Origin: a virus | Taxonomy: Duplodnaviria > Caudoviricetes | Virus record (IMG/VR): IMGVR_UViG_3300035208_002115 | Reading direction: 5' to 3' (one strand) | DNA: 64,000 nucleotides | Part shown: positions 1 through 8,409 of the stretch, one piece after another | How positions within the stretch are numbered: the stretch's first letter is position 1 | Layout: the number at the start of each line of letters is the position of its first letter | Notes under the pieces: model-generated | The model's input: only the letters and a program-made list of their open reading frames with translations | What the model was told of the DNA's origin: nothing | The model's database searches: none | Position numbers and translations under genes: made by a program

Positions 1-228
1 ATAATGGCAAACCCAGTGTCCACCGTGTTCTTTTCTTTTCCTTCTTAAAAAAGTTCTTCGAGCAATAAAATAATATCGCCAATCAACATCATTATAATCG
101 ATATCAATATTTTTATAATAGTTATTTAATAATAATAGTGAAGAATATGTTCTTGGATTTGAAGGTGAACCTTCAAATATTATATGCCTTATTTTCTGAC
201 ATTTAGATATTTTTTCTTCTACAATCAT
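1..228 (-). CDS. Partial ORF running off the window edge, possibly HNH endonuclease N-terminus
   Basis: Manual translation from ATG 228: MIVEEKISKC...WRYYFIARRTFLRRKRKEHGGHWVCHY; open to the edge and ends in a C-x-Y(C)-like start of a Zn/HNH motif. Confidence 0.45.
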   Translation of the reverse strand, partial: MIVEEKISKCQKIRHIIFEGSPSNPRTYSSLLLLNNYYKNIDIDYNDVDWRYYFIARRTFLRRKRKEHGGHWVCHY

Positions 229-303
229 TTAACAAAAATATTAAAATGTATTCAAATAAAAAACTTTTGGTTATAAAAAATATATAATTTAAAATATTAA
301 TTT

Positions 304-705
304 ATGAAATATATTAAAAGGTTCGATGAGCAACATGTTTTATCAGTTAAAAATCCTTGGGCATTTCTTATAGTATCGGGATTAAAAGATGTAGAAAATA
401 GAAGTTGGAAAACTAATTACCGAGGAAAATTATTAATACATTCCACACAAACACCTATTAAATTCAATAATTATAATGAATTATTTACGCCAGACCAAAT
501 AAAAGAATTACAGGATAATAATACAAATTTTAATAATTTATCAAATTCGGCTATTATAGGTGAAGTAGACCTTATAAATTGTATTCAAAATAGTGATTCC
601 ATATGGGCTGAATATGGTCAATGGCACTGGATAATATCTAATCCAAATATTTATATCAACCCCGTTTTAAATGTAAAAGGTTCTCTTTCAATCTGGAAAT
701 ATTAA
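304..705 (+). CDS. ASCH domain protein with N-terminal capsid-targeting-like leader
   Basis: LSVKNPWAFLIVSGLKDVENRSWKTNYRGKLLIH is the canonical ASCH motif; leader MKYIKRFDE. Confidence 0.9.
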   Translation: MKYIKRFDEQHVLSVKNPWAFLIVSGLKDVENRSWKTNYRGKLLIHSTQTPIKFNNYNELFTPDQIKELQDNNTNFNNLSNSAIIGEVDLINCIQNSDSIWAEYGQWHWIISNPNIYINPVLNVKGSLSIWKY

Positions 706-898
706 TATATAAAAAAACTTATTGCAATGAATAAAGGAATAAAAAAGAAGTATAAAGGCTGAATTCTATAACAAAACGGGTTAAAATAGCTAATAAATTA
801 ATTGATAAGTTAGATGAAAATGGTGAACCATTTTTTGATAAACAGTGGGTATTAAATAATATAATTCGCACATAAAAATATAAAATATATAATATATA

Positions 899-1432
899 AT
901 GAAAAAATTCACTGAAATAATAAACGAACAATTAACATACGATTATGGGTGTGTTATGATTAATTTCGATATTCCAAATTGGAATGACATAATAAAAGAG
1001 ATTGAAAAAGATGATATTTATGATGAAGATGGGTTTGGTCTCGAAAAAGAATCACATATAACACTACTTTTTGGTTACCCTAAAGAAATAGCTGTAAAAG
1101 ATATAAAAAATATCATCGGTAATTTGGATAGTTTTTATATTGAAATGCAAGAAACGTCATTATTCCAAAATGATAATTATGATGTTCTCAAATTTGATGT
1201 GAATCATGACACACTACATGCATTAAATGACTCATTAAAACAATTACCCAACACTTCCACCTTCCCAGATTATCATCCGCATATGACTATCTCATACATC
1301 AAAAAAGGTAGGGGAATTAAATATATAAAAAAATATGATAATTTGATAGTAGCAAAACCGTTAGAAATTGTGTATAGTTTACCTACTGGAACAAAGGAGA
1401 AAAAACAAGTCACCCTTCTTAAATTTAAATAA
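899..1432 (+). CDS. 2H phosphoesterase, Acb1/T4 gp57B-like
   Basis: Two HxT motifs (SHITLLFG, YHPHMTISY); TFPDYHPHMTISY resembles T4 57B DFDDYTPHITLSY; leader MKKFTEIINE. Confidence 0.75.
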   Translation: MKKFTEIINEQLTYDYGCVMINFDIPNWNDIIKEIEKDDIYDEDGFGLEKESHITLLFGYPKEIAVKDIKNIIGNLDSFYIEMQETSLFQNDNYDVLKFDVNHDTLHALNDSLKQLPNTSTFPDYHPHMTISYIKKGRGIKYIKKYDNLIVAKPLEIVYSLPTGTKEKKQVTLLKFK

Positions 1433-1437
1433 AAATA

Positions 1438-1824
1438 ATGTCTTATAAAATAAAAACATATAATCGATATGTAAATGAAGATAATTACATATATCACGGA
1501 ACTGGTAAAGGTCAGGCTTTAAATATTCAACGAGACGGTTTTATGAAACCAAATAATACTGGTGAAGAATTACCATCAATATCATTTACTAATGATTTAG
1601 ATTATGCTAAATATTACGCCAAATCAAAAGGAGGAATAGATAAAATGATAATTTTAAGAACAAAATTAAATAATGATTTTAAACTTTCTCCGAGAATAAG
1701 AAAAAATAAAGGAGATGAATATATTACATTTAATGAAATTCCATCATCTAAATTAGAAATATTGACGGGTTCTGAATGGTGTCTTTTAAATAAATGGAAT
1801 GTGATATTTGATGAACCTTTGTAA
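1438..1824 (+). CDS. ADP-ribosyltransferase-fold protein
   Basis: YIYHGT...SISFT..LDYAKYYA...DEYI pattern; leader MSYKIKTYNRYVNE. Confidence 0.6.
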   Translation: MSYKIKTYNRYVNEDNYIYHGTGKGQALNIQRDGFMKPNNTGEELPSISFTNDLDYAKYYAKSKGGIDKMIILRTKLNNDFKLSPRIRKNKGDEYITFNEIPSSKLEILTGSEWCLLNKWNVIFDEPL

Positions 1825-1836
1825 TGAAATAATTTA

Positions 1837-1844
1837 TACATTTG
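1837..1844 (+). promoter_or_regulatory. Bacteroidota-type sigma70 -7 element (TACATTTG)
   Basis: Matches TAnnTTTG; lies directly before the small-ORF cluster starting at 1849. Confidence 0.5.
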
Positions 1845-1848
1845 TGGT

Positions 1849-2016
1849 ATGCCAAATAAGAATAAAATAATAATAACATTTAATCCAGTAGATTCTTCTA
1901 TATATGATTACATGGATAGCTGGAGAAATTATATAAATGATGAAAATAAAAAACGGCTTGAAAAATTAAGAGCTGAAAGAAAAGCTAAAATAAAAGAAAT
2001 TTTTAAAAATATATAA
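1849..2016 (+). CDS. 55-aa protein with C-terminal RxxKI tag (not in ORF track)
   Basis: Manual translation MPNKNKIII...ERKAKIKEIFKNI*. Confidence 0.7.
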   Translation: MPNKNKIIITFNPVDSSIYDYMDSWRNYINDENKKRLEKLRAERKAKIKEIFKNI

Positions 2017-2037
2017 ACCTAAAAGGTTTATGTATTT

Positions 2038-2193
2038 GTGGAAGAAGAATATTTAAAAACATATAATAAAAGAACCAGTAAAATATTTTCTAATTTAAAA
2101 GAATATTATCGTTCAGATGAAAAATCCTTCAAAATAATTATTTTATTAGAACGATATTTAAAGTTAAAAAGTATTTTCAAAAATTTTGATTAA
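2038..2193 (+). CDS. 51-aa protein with C-terminal RxxKL tag (not in ORF track)
   Basis: GTG start; MEEEYLKTY...ERYLKLKSIFKNFD*. Confidence 0.6.
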   Translation: MEEEYLKTYNKRTSKIFSNLKEYYRSDEKSFKIIILLERYLKLKSIFKNFD

Positions 2194-2198
2194 TTTTT

Positions 2199-2363
2199 AT
2201 GCCAGCATTAATAAGACTTTCAGATTTACAATCTGTCCAACCATTATCAAAACCGAGTGGACATTTACATTATATAGATTTTTTTTATGAAACTATATCA
2301 GAAAAAAGGAAGAAGAAATTAAACGAAATATTTCCAGAATTTAAAAATGAAAACAAAAAGTAA
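2199..2363 (+). CDS. 54-aa protein: major-capsid-like fragment plus RxxKL tag (not in ORF track)
   Basis: MPALIRLSDLQSVQPLSKPSGHLHYIDFFYETISEKRKKKLNEIFPEFKNENKK*; SVQPLSKPSG resembles gp23 VQPMxxPTG. Confidence 0.65.
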   Translation: MPALIRLSDLQSVQPLSKPSGHLHYIDFFYETISEKRKKKLNEIFPEFKNENKK

Positions 2364-2556
2364 ATCTAAATTACAACAAATAAATAATTCAATTAATACA
2401 ACAGTGTCAATACCAACTGAACATTTTAATGTTACAGTTAGAGCAATTTATCCTTATGATTATCCAGATTTTAATTATTTTAAAAGAAAAGAAAAACGTG
2501 AACAACGATTAAAAAAATTAAGTGGATTATTCCCAGATTTTAAAGAAAATGTTTAG
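2347..2556 (+). CDS. Small protein with RxxKL tag
   Basis: Ends REQRLKKLSGLFPDFKENV. Confidence 0.7.
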   Translation: MKTKSKSKLQQINNSINTTVSIPTEHFNVTVRAIYPYDYPDFNYFKRKEKREQRLKKLSGLFPDFKENV

Positions 2557-2836
2557 TCACGAATTATATAATTCAGTTATATCACAGATTGGGGACACTC
2601 CGATTGACGGAGGTGTATATTTACCACTTGATACTTTTTCAGATGTTGATTTTAATAGTATAATTTTTCCAGTGGCGATGAAAATTGCTGCTCAAACAAT
2701 AGGTCTGAATTTAATATCAGTTCAGCCTATGGAACATGGGGTTGATTATGAAAAAATAAAACGAGAAAGAGTACGTGAACAACGAAAGAAAAAAATAGAA
2801 GAAATATTTCCTGAAATGAAAAAACATGAAAAGTAA
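2522..2836 (+). CDS. Major-capsid-like fragment plus RxxKI tag
   Basis: IFPVAMKIAAQTIGLNLISVQPM resembles the gp23 segment preceding VQPM; ends RKKKIEEIFPEMKK; start may be the Met at 2549. Confidence 0.65.
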   Translation: MDYSQILKKMFSHELYNSVISQIGDTPIDGGVYLPLDTFSDVDFNSIIFPVAMKIAAQTIGLNLISVQPMEHGVDYEKIKRERVREQRKKKIEEIFPEMKKHEK

Positions 2837-3014
2837 TTTCACTCTTAATATAATACAAAAAGCTATCCGAGATGGATTTACAACTTTAACAATTGATTGT
2901 GAATTAAATTATGACCAACTATGGTTAAAAGTAAAACGGGAAATTATTCAGGAACATAGAAAACAAAAAATAGAAGAACTATTTCCAGATATAAAAAATA
3001 ATAATAAACTATGA
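2826..3014 (+). CDS. Small protein with RxxKI tag
   Basis: Ends HRKQKIEELFPDIK. Confidence 0.7.
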   Translation: MKSNFTLNIIQKAIRDGFTTLTIDCELNYDQLWLKVKREIIQEHRKQKIEELFPDIKNNNKL

Positions 3015-3289
3015 AAACATTGAGAAAATTAATTATTAAATTCTTCGCTGGTTACTATCAAATCGGTAAAGGAACTATTCCAAGAGCATCAGCCATCATT
3101 TTTCCGTCATTAATGATACCTATAATACTCGAAATAATTTTCGCACCAACCCCAGTGTTGTGGCATTTTATTCCATTTTTCATATTTGTGTTGATAAGTT
3201 TTGGGTATCTACAATTCTATCCAGCTAAACCAGAAGAATTGGATGCAGCTCAGAAAAAACAATATGATGATTTAACAAAAAACAAATAA
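3011..3289 (+). CDS. Small membrane protein (2 TM)
   Basis: Two hydrophobic stretches. Confidence 0.7.
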   Translation: MKTLRKLIIKFFAGYYQIGKGTIPRASAIIFPSLMIPIILEIIFAPTPVLWHFIPFFIFVLISFGYLQFYPAKPEELDAAQKKQYDDLTKNK

Positions 3290-3294
3290 TTGAT

Positions 3295-3564
3295 ATGGAA
3301 GCATCGAAAGTTAATTTTATTCAATTGGATACAGAAAAATTGGTATATCTATTAGATTATTTAGGATTTGAAAATTTTCTCAGAGTAGCAGGTAGTCATA
3401 AGAAAATTATGAATGATGACTGTGTTACCGAAATTAAATATTCGGATGGTTATGATATATTAATTGTCAAACCTAATACTATTTCGTTTATTAATGACCC
3501 ATATCCAGAGAAGGTGTTTTTCACGGCTGAAAATTATGCAAAACTTTGGAAAGTTTTTAATTAA
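3295..3564 (+). CDS. Hypothetical protein
   Basis: ORF track; tight operon spacing. Confidence 0.65.
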   Translation: MEASKVNFIQLDTEKLVYLLDYLGFENFLRVAGSHKKIMNDDCVTEIKYSDGYDILIVKPNTISFINDPYPEKVFFTAENYAKLWKVFN

Positions 3565-3645
3565 TTTTTTAATTATATCAGCAATGTACATTTTTTAATT
3601 AATTTTGGACATACTTATAATTTATGTACAGTTTTAAAATAAATA

Positions 3646-3873
3646 GTGATGTTATCAAATATGACTGGTGAAAAAAAACTGGTAGATAAAATAGCCAATA
3701 TATTATCTATTAGACCATCTGAATATGAACGGGAGTTTATTGACGTTGTAATATACGGTGGAAAAAGTGACCCAAGTGAAAAGGCAAGTGTAATATGTTG
3801 TTTTTTCGAAAAGGATAATGAAGAAAATAGAAAAGCTATATATGATATATTAACCTCACACTGGGAAAAATAA
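3646..3873 (+). CDS. Hypothetical protein
   Basis: ORF track; start may be 3661. Confidence 0.6.
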   Translation: MMLSNMTGEKKLVDKIANILSIRPSEYEREFIDVVIYGGKSDPSEKASVICCFFEKDNEENRKAIYDILTSHWEK

Positions 3874-3877
3874 TATT

Positions 3878-4156
3878 ATGAAAAAATTTATCGATTTTAC
3901 AGTAAATTTAGAAGACAAAAGCAAAGACCAAGGACGATTTTTCTGGAAGAAAAGGTGGATTTCGTTTTGCAGTAGACATAAGAAGTATCAAAGATATTGT
4001 GATATTTGTAATTCTGGTAGATGGGAAAATGTGTGGGTTATGTGGTTTAGTGGAAAAGTTTATGATTACTTTCCTAAATTCTGGATATGGTGGGTTAATT
4101 TTCCAAAATATATAATAAATTTCAAAAAAATAAAAGATTTACATGAGAATTTTTAA
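3878..4156 (+). CDS. Trp-rich hypothetical protein with C/H metal-binding motif
   Basis: CSRH...CDIC. Confidence 0.65.
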   Translation: MKKFIDFTVNLEDKSKDQGRFFWKKRWISFCSRHKKYQRYCDICNSGRWENVWVMWFSGKVYDYFPKFWIWWVNFPKYIINFKKIKDLHENF

Positions 4157-4460
4157 ATGCAGACCATTCGGGGATTTTGATGTTGATTTAGACGACCCAA
4201 AGACTTACGAATATCTACCAGATACAACTAAAGAATTAAGACAAATCATGCTTAGTGAAATAGGATATAGTCATTGTTATTTAAACTACTGGCATAAAGA
4301 TGATGGTTTTGGTAATCGTAAAACTAACGGAAACCAAATAAGAAGAATTGAATCTTTAATTAAAAATTTCACTGAAAATGAACGTGATAATTACAATAAT
4401 GTGATGTGGTATAAAGAACAGATATTCTTATTCCAAGATGAAATAGAAAATATGTGTTAA
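4143..4460 (+). CDS. Hypothetical protein
   Basis: ORF track; overlapping operon. Confidence 0.65.
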   Translation: MRIFKCRPFGDFDVDLDDPKTYEYLPDTTKELRQIMLSEIGYSHCYLNYWHKDDGFGNRKTNGNQIRRIESLIKNFTENERDNYNNVMWYKEQIFLFQDEIENMC

Positions 4461-4675
4461 TCATGAGAGGTAATATGAGTTTACAAACTAAGATTGAAAA
4501 TAATAAAAACCAATTAATTAAAGAAAACATCACTGAAACTTATATCGATGATAGATATTTTTGTGGAACTTGTGGTAACATAGGCAAATGTCATCCAATA
4601 ACAGGTATGTGTTTCATATGTGGTGATGACAACTGGAAAACCGTTGAAGGTAAAGAAAATGAAATCGGATATTAA
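4454..4675 (+). CDS. Small zinc-ribbon protein
   Basis: CGTC...CHP...CFIC. Confidence 0.6.
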   Translation: MLIMRGNMSLQTKIENNKNQLIKENITETYIDDRYFCGTCGNIGKCHPITGMCFICGDDNWKTVEGKENEIGY

Positions 4676-4687
4676 AACATTATATTC

Positions 4688-4867
4688 ATGAAAGACATTT
4701 ATAAATTAGCCAAGGAAGCCCATATCGAAGAAGAATTCAAAGCATATTCTATTAGATGGGTATGTCAAAAAGGTCACACCAATCACCAAACTATATTATG
4801 GAAAGATTCCACCCAACATGATGTGTGTCTCAAATGTGGTGAGCATTACGAATATAAAGTTGAATAA
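4688..4867 (+). CDS. 59-aa zinc-ribbon protein (not in ORF track)
   Basis: Manual translation MKDIYKLAKE...WVCQKGH...VCLKCGEHYEYKVE*. Confidence 0.65.
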   Translation: MKDIYKLAKEAHIEEEFKAYSIRWVCQKGHTNHQTILWKDSTQHDVCLKCGEHYEYKVE

Positions 4868-4870
4868 TAA

Positions 4871-5015
4871 CGTTCAATAAAATAACGATGTTCAAGTTCG
4901 CTGAACATTCAAATATATTGAACAAAAAACCACAACAAGTAGCGAATTTGTTGTGGTGAGCCGAAACGATAACAGTCCTTTTATTACGGCAATATCATAA
5001 ATATAACAATTTCTT
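4871..5015 (-). ncRNA. Putative structured small RNA / multi-hairpin element
   Basis: Stems 4872-4879/4916-4923, 4888-4894/4902-4908, 4929-4938/4948-4957, 4960-4963/4987-4990; AATATATA on minus strand at 5020-5027. Confidence 0.4.
4924..4957 (-). terminator. Intrinsic terminator-like hairpin
   Basis: 10-bp stem accacaacaa/ttgttgtggt followed by a U6 tract on the minus strand. Confidence 0.6.
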
Positions 5016-5038
5016 GTATTATATATTAATTTTTTTAT

Positions 5039-5046
5039 TATTTTTG
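5039..5046 (+). promoter_or_regulatory. Bacteroidota-type -7 element (TATTTTTG)
   Basis: TAnnTTTG upstream of ATG 5070. Confidence 0.4.
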
Positions 5047-5069
5047 ATGCACATTTAAAATAAAAAAAA

Positions 5070-5531
5070 ATGAAATTCAATTTAATTAATAAAATAACAT
5101 TGGGAATTCTTATAGCATCGATAGTATTTGTGTTTATATTTTTCCCAATACAATATAAAAATTTAGTACATAAAAACTATCTGAAAATAGAAAAACATAC
5201 AGATACGATATCTATCAATCAGAATACATATGTGTGTTATAAATTAGATGATGGTAAAACCTATCTATTAAACATTGAAGATAAAGAAACTAACAGGATT
5301 CAAATACTTAAAGATGTTTTGTTTGAAACTTATCTTCAAAAAGATGAGATAGAAATAAAAAACATAACCATCAAAAGTGCTATACAAAGAGCCGAAACTA
5401 ACGAAAAGCCCGACCAATTAAATAATGATGATGAATATATTAAATTAAAATATTTAAATATATACAACGAAGCCCAAGCAGATACATTAAGAGCTTTTAT
5501 TGGGAGTCTAAAAAAAGAATTACTAAAATGA
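5070..5531 (+). CDS. Membrane-anchored hypothetical protein
   Basis: N-terminal TM segment. Confidence 0.7.
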   Translation: MKFNLINKITLGILIASIVFVFIFFPIQYKNLVHKNYLKIEKHTDTISINQNTYVCYKLDDGKTYLLNIEDKETNRIQILKDVLFETYLQKDEIEIKNITIKSAIQRAETNEKPDQLNNDDEYIKLKYLNIYNEAQADTLRAFIGSLKKELLK

Positions 5532-5725
5532 CAAAACGTTGTATAGTTTGTGGTAAGGAACTTGAAGTGTTATATCCAGATGATGGTAACAATAATCGCT
5601 TAATAAAAGATGGGTTAACTGAAATAATTAGTGCATCCTATGGTAGTAAATTTGATGGGGTGATGCTTGAAATAACTATCTGTGATGATTGTATACAAGA
5701 AAAAATAGATAACAAAATCATTTAG
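5528..5725 (+). CDS. Small zinc-finger protein
   Basis: CIVC...CDDC. Confidence 0.7.
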   Translation: MTKRCIVCGKELEVLYPDDGNNNRLIKDGLTEIISASYGSKFDGVMLEITICDDCIQEKIDNKII

Positions 5726-6218
5726 GAATTTTAAAGAAAAAATCATCGTTCTTATCACGCATTTCTTTTTTAAATATATGTTCAATCTTAGCCTTTCGAG
5801 AATACGTTTTAGATTCATGTTCGGTTAGTACTCTGAATGGTGAAGATGTTGTTTCGTGATAAATTCCGTCTATATAAATATCAATTTTTCTATCATCTAT
5901 TTTATTTAAAAAATAGAAAGGTTTAGCTTCATAAAGCGTACCAGCTTTTATTTTATCACCAACATCGACTAAAGCCAATACAGTTTTATATTTAAGTAAG
6001 TCATCACTATCAAAACGATTGAACCGATATCGATTTGGATATGTTTTATATTCTTTATTTTCTAAAGGTGAAAACCATTGCTGCTTAAAATACCCCGATT
6101 TACCAATAAATGATATTTTTTTATTTAAATTATCAATATATGCAACCGTATGTGTAGAGAAATATTCTATTTCTTTATATTTACGAACTAAACACTTGAC
6201 TTTAAATATAAATTCCAT
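5718..6218 (-). CDS. Hypothetical protein with RxxKI tag
   Basis: ...PFRVLTEHESKTYSRKAKIEHIFKK. Confidence 0.7.
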   Translation of the reverse strand: MEFIFKVKCLVRKYKEIEYFSTHTVAYIDNLNKKISFIGKSGYFKQQWFSPLENKEYKTYPNRYRFNRFDSDDLLKYKTVLALVDVGDKIKAGTLYEAKPFYFLNKIDDRKIDIYIDGIYHETTSSPFRVLTEHESKTYSRKAKIEHIFKKEMRDKNDDFFFKIPK

Positions 6219-6226
6219 AATTTTAA

Positions 6227-7027
6227 TTAAAAAGAATCTTCTAAACTCATTATAAGTTTCTGCATATTAGCTCTGTAAAACCCAGCACAATTTATACATC
6301 CACATTCAACTATTTTATATTCACCGTTCACCAGACACAAATCCATAACAAAAGCATCATTTAATTGGAAAATATTCACCATTTTCTTACAGAAATCATA
6401 AGCTGGTTGGTCAATATTTTCATTTAAACAATATCTTCCACCTAATCTATATTGACTGGCTGTAACGACTTCACCTTTCACAATCCAGAACCGTATTTCT
6501 TGCTGTATGTTTTTAATAGAAGAAATTTGTATTTCAGTATCAACATTTAATAAATTTGATATTTGAATAGTAGTACCATCGTCAAAAGTGACAGTTGAAT
6601 TATCATTATTCAAAACACTTTCTTTAAAGTTTCTCCACTGTTCCATATCAAAGATTTTACCCGTAAACACTTTAGTATCCTTGGTTGGCCTTGCAAAAAA
6701 TATTTCTTTACTGAAAAACTCATCACCAAACCGATATACTTTAGAATCCCAGTTTAATAGCTTTTCTCTATAATATTCACGGTATACTAAATAATCATGA
6801 TTGTCGTTCATCTGCGACCCAGGTCTCCATCCGAGACCCTTTGATACCCTCGCCAGTTTCATAGAGCCAAACGGAAATATATCTTTTCTTTTAGTTTTAA
6901 TCTTTATATCATCAATAAATGGTAAAACTTTAACAACTTCATAGGGTAATTTCAACCTGTCTAAAGCTATTATTAAATTATTATAATTTTCTTCTTTAAA
7001 CGTATTCTCTTGAACAATATAATACAT
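6227..7027 (-). CDS. ATP-grasp domain protein (DUF4343/R2K-like)
   Basis: FFARPTKDTKVFTG, EIRFWIVKGEVVTASQY, FVMDL...KIVECGCINCAGFY. Confidence 0.8.
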   Translation of the reverse strand: MYYIVQENTFKEENYNNLIIALDRLKLPYEVVKVLPFIDDIKIKTKRKDIFPFGSMKLARVSKGLGWRPGSQMNDNHDYLVYREYYREKLLNWDSKVYRFGDEFFSKEIFFARPTKDTKVFTGKIFDMEQWRNFKESVLNNDNSTVTFDDGTTIQISNLLNVDTEIQISSIKNIQQEIRFWIVKGEVVTASQYRLGGRYCLNENIDQPAYDFCKKMVNIFQLNDAFVMDLCLVNGEYKIVECGCINCAGFYRANMQKLIMSLEDSF

Positions 7028-7032
7028 AATAT

Positions 7033-8370
7033 TTATTTTATACCTGTTGAACCAAATCCACTTTCACCACGTTCTGTTTCATTAACATCAAAACTATCAA
7101 CTTCGTCCCATTCAAAATGGACAATATGTTTCGGTATTATTTGAACTAATTTCATCGGTAAAACTAAGTCTGGTGCAGATTCATCAATTTTAATCAATGC
7201 TACCATGATATTACCTAAATATGTTCTATCTATAATACCAATTGAATTTGCCAGCATATAACCTGTTTTACTTATTGAACTTCTTGGTACTAATTCAAAA
7301 TAATATCCAAATTTAGGTTTAACTTTTATACCAGTATCATAAAATTCTACCTTACCAACTGTTTTTATTTTTTCTAATAAAACTAAATCATACCCAGAAT
7401 CAGATGCCCGTACTTTTGATGGCGGTATTGCATCTTTTCTTGTTTTAGACCATTGACAATGTTCATTTTTATAGTATTTACTGTATGATACAGATGGTAT
7501 CCAAGTTGATATATCTAAATAAATTTCATATTTTCTAATTAATCTATATTTAGATTGACTGCTATATAATTTATTTAAAAAATCAAGAGCATTATTACCA
7601 TACCAACTTAAATCTATACCGTTTTCAGAACAGGGAATTTTACAGAAATCAATTATAGCTTTTCGCATTTCAATCGAACTGGATGTAATTTTACATTCTG
7701 GGTTACAATGTTCATCATCGATGTTATGAATTGAACCATCACCATCAAATAAACCTCTTAAAAAAACCCACTTTAATTCATCATTTTCTAAATCAGGAAA
7801 GCATACAACATGTGACTTTTTTTCTGGTTTAATATTTAAAAGTTTACATACATCATTTGAAATTGTTTTTGAATTAATTGAAAATGAAACCAAATCTTCC
7901 TTTGGATTACTTATTGGTAGTTCACAACAAATAATATCTCTTAATATTTCCAGACATTTCACATCTTTTTTATGGATAGCTATTGTTATAGTACTTGGTG
8001 TAATTGAACCATCACTTGCAATCCAACCTAACAAATAAGCTTTTTCTTCATTATTGACTTCTTTAAAAAAATTATCATCTAAATTATATTTAGAATTCGG
8101 ATTATTTCTTCCCATATACATTTTTTCTTTTATTTTATTTGAACAAATTTTTGAACATGTAATACCATATTCATTTTTAATTCTTTTTAATCTTTTAGGT
8201 TTAACATGAAAATCTTTTCCACATACATAGCATTTTGCATTATTTTCAGCCGATTTATATTTTCCTAAACATTCTTTTGAACAAGTTTTATATCTTTTTA
8301 CTCTACTAAGAAAAATAAACTCTTTTTTTCCACAAACTTCACATTGAACTTCTATTTTCATATATACCAT
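7033..8370 (-). CDS. dut: Fusion of Zn-finger repeats, LAGLIDADG homing endonuclease and dUTPase
   Basis: CEVC..CSKEC and CYVC..CSKIC; YLLGWIASDGSI and FLRGLFDGDGSI; C-terminal dUTPase motifs SGYDL, PRSS, GIIDRTYLG, QII, RGESGFGSTG. Confidence 0.9.
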   Translation of the reverse strand: MVYMKIEVQCEVCGKKEFIFLSRVKRYKTCSKECLGKYKSAENNAKCYVCGKDFHVKPKRLKRIKNEYGITCSKICSNKIKEKMYMGRNNPNSKYNLDDNFFKEVNNEEKAYLLGWIASDGSITPSTITIAIHKKDVKCLEILRDIICCELPISNPKEDLVSFSINSKTISNDVCKLLNIKPEKKSHVVCFPDLENDELKWVFLRGLFDGDGSIHNIDDEHCNPECKITSSSIEMRKAIIDFCKIPCSENGIDLSWYGNNALDFLNKLYSSQSKYRLIRKYEIYLDISTWIPSVSYSKYYKNEHCQWSKTRKDAIPPSKVRASDSGYDLVLLEKIKTVGKVEFYDTGIKVKPKFGYYFELVPRSSISKTGYMLANSIGIIDRTYLGNIMVALIKIDESAPDLVLPMKLVQIIPKHIVHFEWDEVDSFDVNETERGESGFGSTGIK

Positions 8371-8409
8371 TTTTATAGTATATATAAAAATCTATCGTTC
8401 CCGTATAAT

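Noticed and set aside
719-931. Short antisense ORFs in the track (719, 1273, 1614, 4892, 5615, 6019, 6588, 11770, 12512, 14278 and similar)
   Set aside because: They overlap better-supported genes or elements and show the F/I/L/S-rich composition of AT-rich antisense frames
4871-5015. tRNA or hammerhead ribozyme
   Set aside because: No cloverleaf or T-loop; GAAAC is present but no CUGAnGA core in the right arrangement
7033-8370. Intein or group I intron in dUTPase
   Set aside because: The endonuclease lies wholly N-terminal to an uninterrupted dUTPase; no splice-junction residues seen
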